Of a stretch of DNA of 64,000 nucleotides, positions 14,289-27,440 are shown in pieces. A program made the position numbers and the translations under genes. Numbering within the stretch: the first letter of the stretch is position 1; each line of letters starts with the position of its first letter. The notes under the pieces were generated by a model that searched no databases, was not told the origin of the DNA, and saw only the letters and a program-made list of their open reading frames with translations. This stretch comes from Lama glama. Its lineage: Eukaryota. The stretch is from assembly GCA_028534125.1 (NCBI GenBank), contig CM052818.1, positions 45,076,001-45,140,000 on the forward strand, written 5' to 3'.

Positions 14289-16940
14289 AAAAATTAATCC
14301 TTTGGCAGATCTAAACAGAATTGGGGTTTAGGGATTTTGGATTCCACATTGCCCTGAGGCAGTTAGAGGAAAATAAAACTGACGTTTTGGGAGAGTCAGA
14401 GATGAGAGAGAGAAAATTATGGAGGCTCTTGGCACCTGCAAGGTCTGACCATAGCCCCTGCTTCCCTGATGGCCCGAGTCTTGCCAGCAACTCAGCTTTT
14501 ATCTAACCTACTTCAAGTTGGATTTTCATCAACTGCAACCAAAAAAAGAAAGGAAAAAAGCCAAAAGAGGGCTTGCCAATGGAGCTCTCGCCTTGAGAGG
14601 TTGATAGAAGAAGCCAGGTGGAGTTTTAAAAGCCAGCTTAATCTGCTTGAAAGTAATAGACAACAGACCCTGGAGGAAGCAAACCCAGGACCCGCGGCAT
14701 GCAGAAAGGGCAAGGAGAGAGGGATGTTTCTGCTGGCACTGAAGGGGCGAAAATCACTTGGAGTCTGGGGATTCATAACCTGGGGACCGGCAGGTTTGAG
14801 GAGGGAGCTCAGAGCCCAGGGCAAGATGGTCGCTGATGTTCTGAGGGCCTTAAAAGTGCACATGGTGCCGAGGGCAGTGAAAGCCATCCTCTACCTGTGC
14901 CTAATGGACAGACCCCCTCCCCTGGAAACAAAATACCTGGGCCTGAGGAGTTCCCAGCCAGGACAGACCACAGCCAGCACAACTGCCCTGCCCTGGACAG
15001 ATGAGTGGGTACCCACGGGGGCTTTATTGACAACTAAGCATTTTACACCCATCATTGAAATACAAGATGAAAGAGTGAAAGGCACTGTGAGAGCCAGCCA
15101 GGTGCTTACAATCCTGTTATTTTTAGAGCGATTGTGAATCTTTAAGAAGCTGAATCTTATCCCCTTGTAAAGACACCAAGTGATTCATGGGGTGAGGAAA
15201 TAGTGGCCAAACGTTTCCAAGTTACTTTTCAAAACACTTTTTATTGTGCTTTGAGATGCCATTCCCTGATGCTGCCTGTCATGGAAATTAGCAATGGAAG
15301 GGCAAGTGAACAGACTCTGAGTCCAAGAAACTTGGGTTTGAACCCTGGTTCTGCCATTAATCAGCTAAGTGACCTTGAGCCTTGGGTTCTTCATGCAGAA
15401 GATGGGCTGCCATGCGGCTATAACCAAGCACACCAGTGCCCGGTGGGGACGAAGGTCTCCATGTGCAGCAGAGGTAGGACACAGCGGCCTCTGCAAGGAA
15501 ATGGGGTCCCTGAAAACTCAGTCTTTCCTGATAGTCCCCTCTCACTTCAAGCTTCCAACCCGGGGGGCAGGCAGGAGGATATAATTCTTCAGGCACATCC
15601 TTTCTGATATTTTAACTTGAACTAAATTGACTCCAATCTAGAACAGGACCAGCTGGAAATCTATTCCAAGGGCTGGTCCCACGCAGCTGTGAACAGGAAA
15701 CAGCCCCTGTGAGGGGATTTCAGAGGCGCCTTGGGAAGGCTGGCCCTGCCCCCGCGCCTGCTTCCAGAAATTCCACCTTCATTTCTCATCCCTTGGTTCT
15801 AAGCTCTGTCACCACCCCAGCTAGGGACCAGGGCACACCTGGAGCTGCAGCGGTTTGATTACAGCTCAGAAGTGACTCATCTCAGAAACGGCAGGAGCTT
15901 TAGAGCCCGACAGCCGGGGTGGGATGTGTCTGCTTCACCCACCAGCTCCCAGTGGAGGGCGAGTCTCAGCTGCAGAAGGAAGAGTTGTGGCCGGGGCTCA
16001 GTGAGATGAGGCACCGAATCACTTGCCATTTCCTTGTTTCCATTATTATTATTATTTTACTTAGGTGCTGTTTCTCTGACCAGGCCAGAGTGACAGGGGC
16101 AGAGGACACCGCTTCCTGGGGGTCTGAGAGGACGAGGGCACTGTGCACAGGGAGAAAGTTCTAGAACACGGCACTTGGCATTCTGGGAAGGGCTGGCCCT
16201 GCCAAGACCACATATCCTGGCACTTGGTAGGCCCTTAACGGCTTGTGTCTCCCTCGTCAGTGTTCCCAGCGTGGTGCCTGTCATGTGCTGGTGAGCCCAC
16301 TGTGGGGGACAGAAGTGCCACACGCCCTGTGAGGAGGTACTCGCTTCCCCTTGTGGCTGATGAGCCCAAGGGCTCTTTCTCCCCAGACCCCACCCTGCCG
16401 CAGCCCCTCACTCACTGAGACCCGGCCACCAGCGCCTAGGAGCTGAGCTGTGTGGGTGTGAATGACTCAAAATGCAGGCAGAACTGTAGAATGAGCATCA
16501 AGTCAAAGGGAGGTTGGACCTGAAAACAATTTGTACTCCTCACCCCACCCCTCCTCCCAGAGACTCAAGACCCGTCACAAATGGAGGAACGGCATTCACT
16601 TGCTCTTACACCCGAGAGGTGACATCTTCGAAATACAGTCTTCACCGGAGAGTACCCATTACCTGTGTGTGCTGGAGCCACTTTCTCCTGGGGTGCCCTT
16701 TCCTGATGTGTCTGCGGGATGCAGCACAGAGGACCAGCTTCAGGTGCCTTCCCTGAGCTCAAGGTCTGTGCAGTTCTGCTTGCATGACCCGCTGCAAAGG
16801 CCCATGTGGGTCCTCACCTGTCTCCCCACCTCCAGGCTGTGAGCTCCAGGCGGGCAGACCCCAGGCTCGCACAGGGAAGGCGCCGAGAAAGGGCGAGCGC
16901 CCAGCACACGGGTCTCTGTCTCTTCTCTTTCCTCCATCCT

Positions 16941-16951
<11 letters not shown>

Positions 16952-16993
<42 letters not shown>
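16952..16993. repeat. (TC)n microsatellite
   Basis: Pure tc run of about 21 units. Confidence 0.95.
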
Positions 16994-16995
<2 letters not shown>

Positions 16996-18488
16996 CACCT
17001 GGAACAAGTGTTCGGTTTCTCTGAGCCTCAGTTTCTGCGCAGAATTGAGTGTAACGATATCTACCTGTGCTCTCCTGAGTATTAGGTAAGACACGTGGGA
17101 AAAGGCACAGTTACACTCATGAGTCATCCTCACACATCCGCTCCCACGGTCTCCTACTCTCGTACCTCCTGCTTCTGAGGGCGGCAGATTATGGGTGCAC
17201 GTGGGGTCAGGGGAGCCAGTGGAGGAGGTCAGGCCTCTTTCTCCCAGTGGCTCTCTTCCTTGCTGTCTAAGGCCCCTCCTTGTAAGCAGCACGGCAGGCA
17301 ACAGTGGGGGGGGGTGACAATGGGCAGGTCATCTCAGCAGGCAAAGGCGCCCCAGAGTGGACAGGGCCCTCAAGGACTGTCCAGGACACACTGTAAACTG
17401 AGGACATCAGATCAAATGGAGGTGGCGTGAGTCAGGCTCTTGTGGACAGAGCAGAAATGTAAAGAGGCATCTCGCTGAGACGTCCTCATGCCTGGGTCGG
17501 GGTGTCCTGGAGGAGAGTCCCCGCCCCATGGCATCGCTGACGAGGGATGAGAAATCAGGGCTAACTCTCTTGTCCAGGCCACTTCCTTTGATCCTGCAGC
17601 TGTGCTAAACCCTTCAACCTCTGTTCTCTCCCCCAGGGTCATGGGTATTAACTGACCGTTGAAGGGCAGGCGAGACTTTGGCCCAGGGTGAGGTCAGAAC
17701 ACGTCTGGAGGGAAGATGTGACCTACGGACAGAATCTGGCTTTTTACTACGTTTCACCTCCTCCCCCTGCAGGGGCAGAGGGGCTGCGCGGGGCCTCCCC
17801 AACACTGACTGATTGCAGGTGCCACTCTGGGAGACCAGTAGGGAGTGTCACACCCTGACCACAGGACTTTCCTCCTGAAAACTCTGCTCAAGATCAGAGT
17901 GAAACTAAAATAATAACCACGAGAGCTCTCTTTCAGGAAGAACTGCCCAGGCAGCTGCCGAAGCCTGCGGGCATTTGAGAGTGTGGACAGGGCGGCCAGG
18001 CTGTGGTCACGCAGTGGTTAACTCCAGGCGTGCAGTTAAAGATGCCACGAGGCATGTTGTGTAAGGTTTAAGTGTCTGTTGATTTCCGTGTCTAGACACA
18101 AATCAACCAGGACAAGACTCCTGGGCTGTGTGAACTGGCCTTTCTCTTTCTCAAGCCACGTCTATCCTGCATTCCCCTTCCTCTGCTGTGATGGTCTTTA
18201 GAAACTTCCAGTCTGCCCGTGTCCCCTCTGCAGCCGTCTCTGGAGCGCCCCCCTTCACCCCGTGATGGTGGCCAAACCTCTCAGTTGAGCGTTCTAGGCC
18301 CTTGTCTGTCTGATGGGTCTCAGCTCACAGCACACATCACATCCCCAGGGGCCCCGGCCCTGCATCCCAGTGTCTTCTGCATGGTTTGCGGTTCCCTAGT
18401 CTCGGCTCAGAGCATCCACTGAGTCCAGGAGGCCTTTCCGCTCAGCCTTATTCTGCAATGGGGCCGCCAGAATCAAAATCCTGTTCCT

Positions 18489-18748
18489 GGGGGGAGGAGG
18501 CGGGGTGGGGAGGGATAAATTAGGAACTTGAGATTAGCAGATACAAACTACTATATATAAAATAGATAAATAGCAAGGTCCTACTTTATAGCACAGAGAA
18601 CTATATTTAATATCTTGTAATAACCTACAATGAAAAATAATCTGAAAAAGAATACATACGCTTATAAATGTATAACCAAATCACTTTGCTGTTATCAGAA
18701 ACTAACACAACATTGTACATGAACAATACTTCAATTAAAAAAAAAAAA
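18489..18748 (+). mobile_element. Short L1 3' end with TSD
   Basis: gagattagcagatacaaacta..tatagcacagagaactatatt..cttcaattaaaa(n); flanks aaaatcctgttc / aaaaccctgttc. Confidence 0.85.
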
Positions 18749-21489
18749 CCCTGTTCTTCCACTTTCAATTCATGTGACCTTTGTCAAATGGTGTCACGTG
18801 ACTGTGCCCCAGTTTCCTCCTCTGTCAAATGATAGGTAATACTAGCCCTCACCTGATGAGGTGGGGAGAGGTTAAATGAATTTAAAAGTGTTAAGTGCCC
18901 GGACCAGTTCTGGGCACAAATGTTAGTGACTGTTGCTTGTTAGTCTCAGCAGCCTTTCCGGCTGTTCTTTCTTCAACGTCCAGCCTGAATTCCGCCTCCT
19001 CCACAACATGCTTACAGATGCCCTCGCCAGGCTCCCGACCCTGACCATGGCTCGTTTCTCCCTCTCCCAGATCCCATGCTCTGTGAGCCTCTATTTTAGC
19101 CTCATCACCATCTGGCTGGTCCTGGGTTATTTTTGTATTAATCTGACTCCCAAACTAAACTATGGGAAGGTCCAAGCAGGCTTATCCCCCAGCACCTGGT
19201 GCAGGGCGAGCAGCCCCCAGCAGGTGGCCCAGAGGGCGGAAGGAAGCCATGCTGAAGTGGATGGGACAGATTGCACCTGCAGACATCAGGGCTCCCAGGA
19301 GGGAGGTGAGAGAATGAGACACGTGCCAGGTGACCCTGGGCCAAAGCGAAATCCTGATGCAGGACCACTTAGCACAGCGCCTGACACCCAGTAAGGCCTG
19401 ATGGGTATTTCCTTCTTCCCTTCCTGTCTCCCATAATACAGCCATGAAACCTGCAGCTTTTCTCTCTTTATCTTTTTTAAGGTCGTTCAAATTCAGTGTC
19501 AAGACCAAGGAATCTCAGGACCCTGAGTTGGCTCCCTGGGTGTGCCCTCTTGTGTTCTGCAAAACTACAAGGTCTCAGGAGAGTGATGAGGGCTGGAATT
19601 TGTCTGAGGACCATGTGGGAACCCATTCCCCAAAAGGGGTGACTAAAAGGCTTCCAGGACCCAGACTGCAGGGAACCAGGAGGCCCTTCCCCCAATACTG
19701 GAAGGCTCTCTGTTCCTGGATGTTGGAGGGGTGGCCAGGCCCAGTGGGAAGAAGTCTAAGGCAGGTTTGGGCTCTGTCCTTGTCTGGGATCCCCAGAAGC
19801 AACCTTGAGACAGGGCTCAGTTTGAGGAAATCATGAGGGCAGTGATCCCAGGAAACAGGAGGGCAGCGAGAACAGAAGAAGGGAAGGGAGGGCAGCAGTG
19901 AGGGCGCGTCACCAAGTACGTCCCCACTGTGGGCAACTGAGGTCCATCCTGCAGGACCCTGGAGCCCTTGCAGGACACACATCTGAGCTCTCACCCTGGG
20001 AGGGAGTGGGGGTATGTATCCTACTCCTATCAGTCATTGGTTGAGGTGCAGAGAACTGGGGGTGTTAATTGGCCTGCATTCCTGGATACTGGCCGTGGCA
20101 GTCAGCAGAGTGCAGTGCCCTGGTAAGACCTGTGGGACTGGGGACAGGGCTGGGGACCACTAGCATCTGTGAATAAGACTGTTGAAGCTCTTAAGATCGC
20201 TGTGAGGGAGTGGCTCCCAGTGACTAGAACTATTTCCAATACAGCAGGATAGTCTGAATGTGACATATGACAATGATTAGCATATATAAGCCTCTGATGT
20301 AGGTACAAAAACTGCCCCATTTTTACAGTTGAGGACACTCAGACACAGGAGGGTGAGTGACCTGCCCCAAATCACAGTGTGTCCAGCTGTAGAGCCTCAA
20401 GTCCTGTGTGCTCATCTCTGAACCGCAGGCCCAGGAGAGTCAAACCACAGGGCCTGGAACTCTCCCCTTGATCCGGGTTCTGGGTCAAGCCCTCGAGGCG
20501 AAGAACGCAGAGGCTGAGCCTGAACCTGACAAGGATCCAGGACCCAGCAGTCCCGTGCCTCATTCCCGCCATCCCGGGATGTGGGGCTTAGTCCTGATCT
20601 GAACCACGGTGGAAGCTTCTTGATTTTATTTCTTCTATTGCACAATCTACCATAGCTGGAAGACACACTCATTTTTTGCTTATTTTTATACCAGCAAAAA
20701 GGCAGAACGAATGAGTTCATAAGCAATCTGGTGCATTCCGTTTCATTGGACGATGCTGCCGGCCCCCAGTAGAGGATGAGGGTTGATGGTCTTTCTCTCG
20801 GCACCTGCAGCATCTTGGATGGTCGTGGCCAAAAGCCTTCCTTGTAATATTTTGTCACAAGAAATCACATGTTGTTCATGTTCGCCAGAAACACAATGTT
20901 GTCTGGACCACAGTGCGAATGTTGTGGTGATTTTTTTTGCTTTGTTTTGTTTTGAAATGCTGGAAATCGTCAAAGTGCATAATTCACTGTGTCAGACTTA
21001 GGAAGAAAGAGAGTTACTCCTTAGTGTGTAGCGACCTGTTTCCTTTTGTGACTTTGCCCCGAGCAGGAAGCGCCATCAACAGCCCTTCACTGACTACGTT
21101 CTTAATGAATCTGTGGCTGAGTGTGGCAAATGGCTTTCTTTCCTCCCAAATGGGGAGGAAGTCTCAGAATTATGCTAACTGCCTAAGGCTTAATGGATAA
21201 ATTTAAGAACAGTCCCACATGTCCAATGAGCCAGGACGGCGCTGCCTAAAGGGACATATTTGGATGGGGTAATGTTACCCAAACTAAAAGCACAAAGAAG
21301 AAATTAGCACCTTTGGAGGGAGTTAGACAAAAGGAGAGATGGAAATGGTAAAACACTTAATACCTGTGTTTCTGGGGGAAAGACAAGAAGACTTGCTCAT
21401 GCTGGCTGAGGGGCAGACTGTGGTGGGATTGCGGGTGGCAGAACTGGGGACATGAAACCTCCCAGGGATCCAAAGGCAGGGTGTAGAAC

Positions 21490-22342
21490 AAACAACAAAA
21501 AGACAAACAGCCAATTAACAAATGGGCAAAGGATCTGACAGATGCTTCTCCAAAGAAGATCTGCAAATGACCAATAAGCATATGAGTGGAGGCACAGCAT
21601 CCTTAGTTATCAGGAAAATGTAAAACAAAGCCGCGATGAGGTATCACTTCACACCCGCTAGGATGGCTGTAATCAAAACAACAAAAAATAAGTGTTGATA
21701 AGGATGTGGAGAAACCGGAACCCTCACACGTTGCTGGTGGAAATTAAAATGAGGCAGCTGCTGTGAAAAACAGCATGTAGTTTCCACAAAAATTTCAGCA
21801 TACAGTTACCATGTGACCCAGCAATTCCACTCCTGGCATAAATGAAAACATATGTCAAAAAAAACTTGGATACAGAGGTTTGAACAGAGTCCTTTGTAAT
21901 CGCCAAAAAGTAAAAACAATCTACATGTATATCAACAGATGCATCAATTGAAAAAGTGTGGTGTATCCACGCAGGGGAGTATTATACAGCTGTAAAGAAG
22001 GATGAAGTCCTGATACACACTACAACAAGGATGAAACTTGACAACAGAAAAGAAAAAGACCACACACATATTGTGCAATGTCATTTATATGAAATGCTCA
22101 GAATAGGCAAATCCAGAAAATAGATGAATGAGTATCAGGGCCTGGAAGGAGGGAAAAATACAGAGTGAATACTTAATGGGATGGGATTTCTTTTTAGGGT
22201 GATGAAGATGTTCTGAAATGAGACAGTGATAATGGTGGCATAACACTGTGATTGTATTAAAGCCACTGAGTTGTATACCTTAAAACGGCTGAAATGGTGA
22301 ATTCTATGTTATAAGAATTTTCGTTCAATAATAATTTTAAAA
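21490..22342 (+). mobile_element. L1MB-like 3' end
   Basis: aaatgggcaaagga..gacccagcaattccactcct..gggtgatgaagatgttctgaaa..gccactgagttgtatacct. Confidence 0.85.
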
Positions 22343-23599
22343 CAAGGGCTGTATTCATCAGTTATAATTTGCAGGGCCCAGGCAAAATGAAAACACAAGG
22401 AATCCTGTCCAAAAATTGCTAGGAATTTCAAGACAGGGCAGCAGCAGCAGAGAGTCAAACCTGTGTGACCGTGCAGGTCACTCCTCTAGAGGCAGGAGCG
22501 GGCGCCCATCCTGGGAGCACCTGGGGCCTCTGCTGCGGGAGCTGGGATTCCCAGCTCCTTGGGGCACGGCTGCATGGGGGCACGGGTCTGCCCTTCTGGC
22601 GGCCCCGCCTGCTGCTTCCTCAGGCCCCAGCTCTGTCCCATGGCTTGTCCCTCTTTGGATCCTGTCACCATCACTTCCCACTGCTGACTGTGGATGTAGG
22701 AATTGTATGATCCAAAGCCTGAGGCTCCTGCAACAAGGGTGCGGTGGGACCACATCCTGTGGTTGGGACGGAGACTACATTTGGAATGTCTGCTATTCCC
22801 AAGGCATCACTCTCACGTTGAGTTTTATCCCCCTAAGAAAAGGTGCCTCTTTCTCTTGGATTCTAGGCAGCTCTGAGCTGTGGTTCTGTCTGGAAATCCC
22901 AGTGGATGGCAGGAGAATCACCATCAGAACCACCTCCTCGGACCAATGGCCCACTCCTCAATCTGCTTTCATCTCCAGATACAAATGATTCAGAGCTTTC
23001 TGTCAGTGCTGCCGTGAGCGCGAGGCCATGGCCTCTCTGAGGGGACCCGCCAGGACCAAGGGGACTATGGGGGCTGTGGGGACGGAGCCAAGCCATCCCC
23101 CTCCCTGGAGGAGCCCAAGTCCTCATGCTGACTCCTCGTTCCCTCCGAGGCCATCACTTCCTCCCGGCACTGGCTTCCCACGACGCGTTACCTCTTTTTT
23201 GCCATTGCAGCCTTCTTGCCAGCTCACCCGACTCACCGAGCCCGGACCGTGGCCACCAGACACTTTCTCTCCGTGACTGTCCATCCAGACTTGACCGCAG
23301 CCAACAAAGACACAGCCGGGGAGACTGCGGAGACCTGAGATGCTACATCCCGCTGGGACTTTGAAGCCCAGCTGGCCCCTTACTTTAAAATAAGTTCCCC
23401 AGTTTCACTCATTTTTCCCGAGTGGAGATTTGGTGACTGATGTGCTGCTTTAGCCCCTCCTGTCGGGGGTACCTGCACCCATAAACTGGCATTCTGTCCG
23501 CATCTATGACCTTTATGAACCGACGTCTCAAAGAGAACCTTAGGACAGTAGACTCAGCTATAGTCAAAGTGGAACATTCTTTCCCTTAAATAAAAATTG

Positions 23600-24800
23600 C
23601 TTGAAATAAAAATTGTGTCTTGTTGCAAAGTAATAAATATTCATTTCAGAGAAAAATAGAAAATGTTGAGAACCAAACAGTAGAAAATAAAAATTATTCC
23701 CTTGAGTTTACTGCTGTCTTCATATATACAGTGTTTCTTTCTATGCATAAACGTACGAAAAAAATAAATCCAGGCTTATAATGAATACATTACTAATTTG
23801 TAACCTGCTTTTTTTAACCTAACTATATACAATAACTTCTCCCTATTTTACTGAACATTCACCTACATATTATTCATATGTATATGAATAATACACATAT
23901 ATGAATAATATAGATACACATATATTCTCCTATTATTGTCTCTCTACTATATTATTTTAATAATCACATAATATTCGAAGTGGTACGAAATCAATCCTCT
24001 ATTTTGTCCACTTTTTCGGGTGAATGGTACTGCTACAAATGTCCTCACAATGAAGTCTATATATTTGTGATTATTTCCTTGGAATAAATTCCTGAAGATG
24101 GACTTACTGGGACAAAGGGTATGCAAAAATTTAGATTTTTCAAATGCATTACCAAAATGCCTCCATAAAAGTCATATGCATTTCTAGACTCAAGAGTAGT
24201 GTATTTACGAATGCCAATTTCTCTGCACCTTTGCTCACCAATTATTGCCAGCTGAAAGATAAGGCAAAATAGTACTTTGTTTGGCATATATTTGATTAAT
24301 ATGCAGTTGAATATGTATTCATATATTGGACAATTATATTTCCTTCTGTGTGATATCTTTCCATGCCCTTTTATTTTTCTCTTCTAGACTGATCTTTAAC
24401 AGCTACTTACATTTTATGGTGGTTGAAGCTCTAACAAGCCTTACATATTATAAATGTGTTCTCCAAGGTTGTCGATTACTTTGGTCATATTTATGACCAG
24501 TTTGGGGAGGAGAGCTGTTCTCCTTTTATGATCAAATCTATCAATTTTATTTTTTATTTATGACCAAATATATCAATTTTATGTATCATTTATTTTTTGA
24601 GAGTTTCTGCCTTTGGCATCACATTTGAAGAGTCTTCTTTCACCTTCACAGTATATAGATACTAAATCATGTTTTCCCCTTGTACTTTAACAGGTTTTTT
24701 TTTTAACACGTAATGTTTAATCCAACTTGACTTTATTTAGTTCTACGGTAGGAGTTTATTTTGTTTTGTTCTACTTATTTGAAATGGAGATAGCATGCTT
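23600..24800 (-). mobile_element. Ancient L1M fragment (antisense)
   Basis: T-rich; atttccttggaataaattcctgaag..actgggacaaagggtatgca, gttgaatatgtattcatat. Confidence 0.6.
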
Positions 24801-25009
24801 GAGGTTATATGTCTTTCCCCCCCCCCCCCCAACTGTCAGGTATCTTCTGCTCTGATCGCTTATCCGGTTTTCTGTTATTGTTTGAGAGTCAACTTTGGTT
24901 TATGCAGCCAATTCCCCTCCCTCCACAATCCCCCGGCCCCGCCCCCAACCTGATGTGAGCCATGGCACGTGTCACGAGTGACCCCCAGGAGGGCGTGACA
25001 GGGGAGAAG

Positions 25010-25215
25010 CAGCACCATTTATTGCATGTTATCTATGGGTTAGCTTCTGTGCTTTGGGTCATTTTGGGGTTCAATTTTCAAACAACCCAGTGAGGAGTTA
25101 TTATTCCATTTTACCAAGAGGAAACATTGGACTCCACAAGATCCCATAACTCACGACAGCACCACTTCAAGTAAATAGCAGAACTGAAGTTCAAATCCAA
25201 TCCTCCCACTCTGAA
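25010..25215 (-). mobile_element. MIR SINE
   Basis: aacaacccagtgaggagttattattccattttaccaagaggaaac..gcagaactgaagttcaaatcca. Confidence 0.65.
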
Positions 25216-26975
25216 ACCCACAAAATTCACGACTTCACAGTCCGGCCTCTGGGGGTGGGGGGGAAGAGGGGCAGGCAAACTCTCCACTGGCGGGTAGACC
25301 CCTGGAAGGCTCCTTCCAGCCAGGAGGAAGGGGCTCATCTGACCCCAGAAACTGACATGGGCTGAGTGCTCCTCAAGGCAGAGACGTGCCCCTCAGAAGA
25401 GGGGAATGTCATACTAAGGATGCAGCTTGTTCCTCAGACCTGACTTTCCTCTGCAGGAAGGGGGCATGTCTATAAATTCCTTATCCTTGCAGGGTGAGAG
25501 AGAGAAATGAGATTCCAGTGGGGAAGTGAGAAAGATCGGGGAGGCCGTCTGCTTGGTGATTTTGTACCTGGTTCGTTCCCCTGGAGTCAGAAAGTTTCTA
25601 CAGTCACTTTGCAATCTTCTTGGTGAATCCAACCAAGGACATGAAAACGTCCACGCATCCCCTTGAACCGGGCGATTAGCTGCTTTGATTTTATCTCTGA
25701 TTTCACAGGGGTCCTTGCCCATCCTAGAAGTGGAATGCACAGTGGGGTCACCTTGGATTGGGGGGGTGAGCCCAGGGGCTCAAAACAGGTGAGATGCAGG
25801 AGTATCCTTCACATTCGTGAAAGATTGTCCTCAGAGCTGTATCTGCTGTATGGCTACACATTTCCACATTCTTAAAGCCCACGGTGATGAATGATGACGG
25901 AGAATTCCTATAAATGAGGAAATCTCCTTCTCAAAGAAGGGGGCTTATGGATTTCAAGCTGGTGGAATCCAGTGCTTTTCCTTTCAGTCTTTCAGTCATC
26001 CAGTCAGTCAACAAAGACCCACCAATCTCTCCTCTGAACCAGGCTGTGGCCAGAGACCAATAATGCGTGGCTTCCGTCCTCAAGGAGCTCACAGGCTGGC
26101 TACTGTGTTCACAGAGACGCTGCCAAAGGCTGAGGGACAGGTGAGCAGGGGGAGCTTGGGGTGGATGGCAGAAGGCACCGAGGCAGCCTGGGGAGATGGC
26201 CAGCCATCAGGAAAGGCTTTCTGAAGAGGTGGCCAATAGCAGCCCCCAGGGAATATGCATTGGGTCCAACGAATGAAATGCCCAGAAAGGGGAAGAAGGA
26301 GGGCAGGGCGGGCTGAGCCCTGTGGGTGGCAGCAAGGAGGCCTGTGAGGAGGGTGTGGTGATGAGGAGGGTGTGGTGAACTGCGCACCCCTGGATCCCTG
26401 GGGCACAAGTCCAAGAGAGGGAGAGGTGGAGCCTGGTCTGGTCCCCAGAGGCGGGCCTCAGACGTGACTGAGGCTGATGGGACAGGAGCACAGAGGGGAG
26501 AATTGTAAGTGCCCCAGGGGAGAGAGGACCTTGGGAGGGGCTGGGGATGGTGGGAGGACACCTGCCGAGGAGGAAGCAGGTGTGGGGAGCTCCTGAGGGA
26601 AGGAGGTGCATACAGGGACATTGAGAGAGCCCAGCTGGTAACCCTAGTGACCACAGCCAGCCGCCCCACTCCTCCTGCCTCTTCCCCGACACCCACTAAA
26701 GTGGCCCCAGCCTCCATCCCAGGGCAGTGGGTGTCCCTGCAAGGAAGTCCTCAGACTTCCAGGGGGCTCAGATGATCTCAGCATGACTCCTTGGCCAAAA
26801 TTCCCAGCCACCCTGCTCATTGGCCCTTTCCTGTAACCCTGCTCCCTCCCTCCCTGCCTCATCCATGTGTGGGTGACCCCTCTTCCCCAGTCCCCAAAGC
26901 TCTGCTAGTTCAAGGGTGGTGAGCAGGCTTTTCAAACTCTTTCTTATACATTTAGAAAGATTATTTATGCAGATA

Positions 26976-27440
26976 GTGACTGAAAAAAAAAAGCACAATG
27001 TGAGAGTTGTGAGTTAAGTTTTATTTGGGGCAAAATGAGGACTACAGCCTGGAAGACAGCCCCCCAGACAGCTCTGGGGAACTGCTCCGAAGAGGTGGGA
27101 GGAGGTCAGTATTATACATGATTTTAGTGAAGAGGGCCTGGGCAGTTGAGTACACATTTTTGCAGAAAGCTGCTGCTAGTCTTGTGAAGGCTACTGCTAG
27201 TCACAAGGAGCAGATGTCTCCATTAATGATTTTAGTGCTTTTCTAGATGTGAGGAGATGCAAGAATTTGGGCTCATAAAATCTTCTGAAAATATCTGACT
27301 ATGTGAAGTCCTGTTCTGCCAGTTTTTCCCGGAGCACAGAACGCCTCGTTCCTGAGCTCTGCCCTGAACTCTTTTCAGGGCGTGGTGAAGGTCAGCGGCT
27401 GCGGTGGCTCATGATCGAACCTTTGTAGAGGCAGGTGGCA
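26976..27440 (-). mobile_element. ERV solo LTR
   Basis: gagagttgtgagttaagttttatttggggcaaaatgaggact resembles the LTR 3' end with minus-strand AATAAA; about 460 bp of recalled laurasiatherian ERV LTR-like sequence. Confidence 0.65.

Noticed and set aside
14469..15137. 222-aa plus-strand ORF
   Set aside because: No recognisable domain, poor start context and no exon or promoter support; compatible with chance.
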